Origin: Lingula anatina
Lineage: Eukaryota > Animalia > Brachiopoda
Length of the DNA: 64,000 nt
Direction: 5' to 3'
Assembly (NCBI GenBank): GCA_051362555.1
Contig: CM120642.1
Span: 8,804,001-8,868,000, forward strand
Part shown: one piece after another, positions 63,939 through 64,000 of the stretch
Layout of the letters: each line of letters starts with the position of its first letter
Position numbering within the stretch: the first letter of the stretch is position 1
The notes under the pieces: generated by a model
The model's input: only the letters and a program-made list of their open reading frames with translations
What the model was told of the DNA's origin: nothing
The model's database searches: none
Program-made: the position numbers and the translations under genes

Positions 63939-64000
63939 GTGAGTCTGGCATGGGAAGAATGTACGAAGTGTGTGTAAAGAGAAAAAGATAGAAAGACAGC

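Overview
AT-rich, intron-rich animal genomic DNA, most consistent with an invertebrate; the taxon cannot be fixed from sequence alone. No prokaryotic features, rRNA, tRNA or CRISPR were seen. Manual GT-AG splicing with phase checks gives five genes: (1) a 4-exon, 354-aa multi-pass membrane protein I cannot assign to a family (+, 3286-6338); (2) an 11-exon mitochondrial lipoyl synthase LIAS (-, 8460-14694); (3) a TRMT9B/Trm9-family tRNA methyltransferase-like gene (+, CDS 34122-41343, about 1461 aa) with a very large low-complexity insert, probably transcribed head-to-head with LIAS through a 5' leader region of about 19 kb; (4) an 8-exon secreted EMI-like/EGF x4/PAN protein (-, 48601-58566); (5) the first three exons of an oppositely oriented paralog of gene 4 (+, 62590 to beyond the window end). 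Between the two paralogs lies a frameshifted orphan copy of the terminal PAN exon, and the paralogs share a 49-nt perfectly identical patch. Repeats include a Helentron/HINE-like element carrying a nested TTAA-flanked Kolobok-like transposon, fold-back MITEs, a 47-bp minisatellite and microsatellites.
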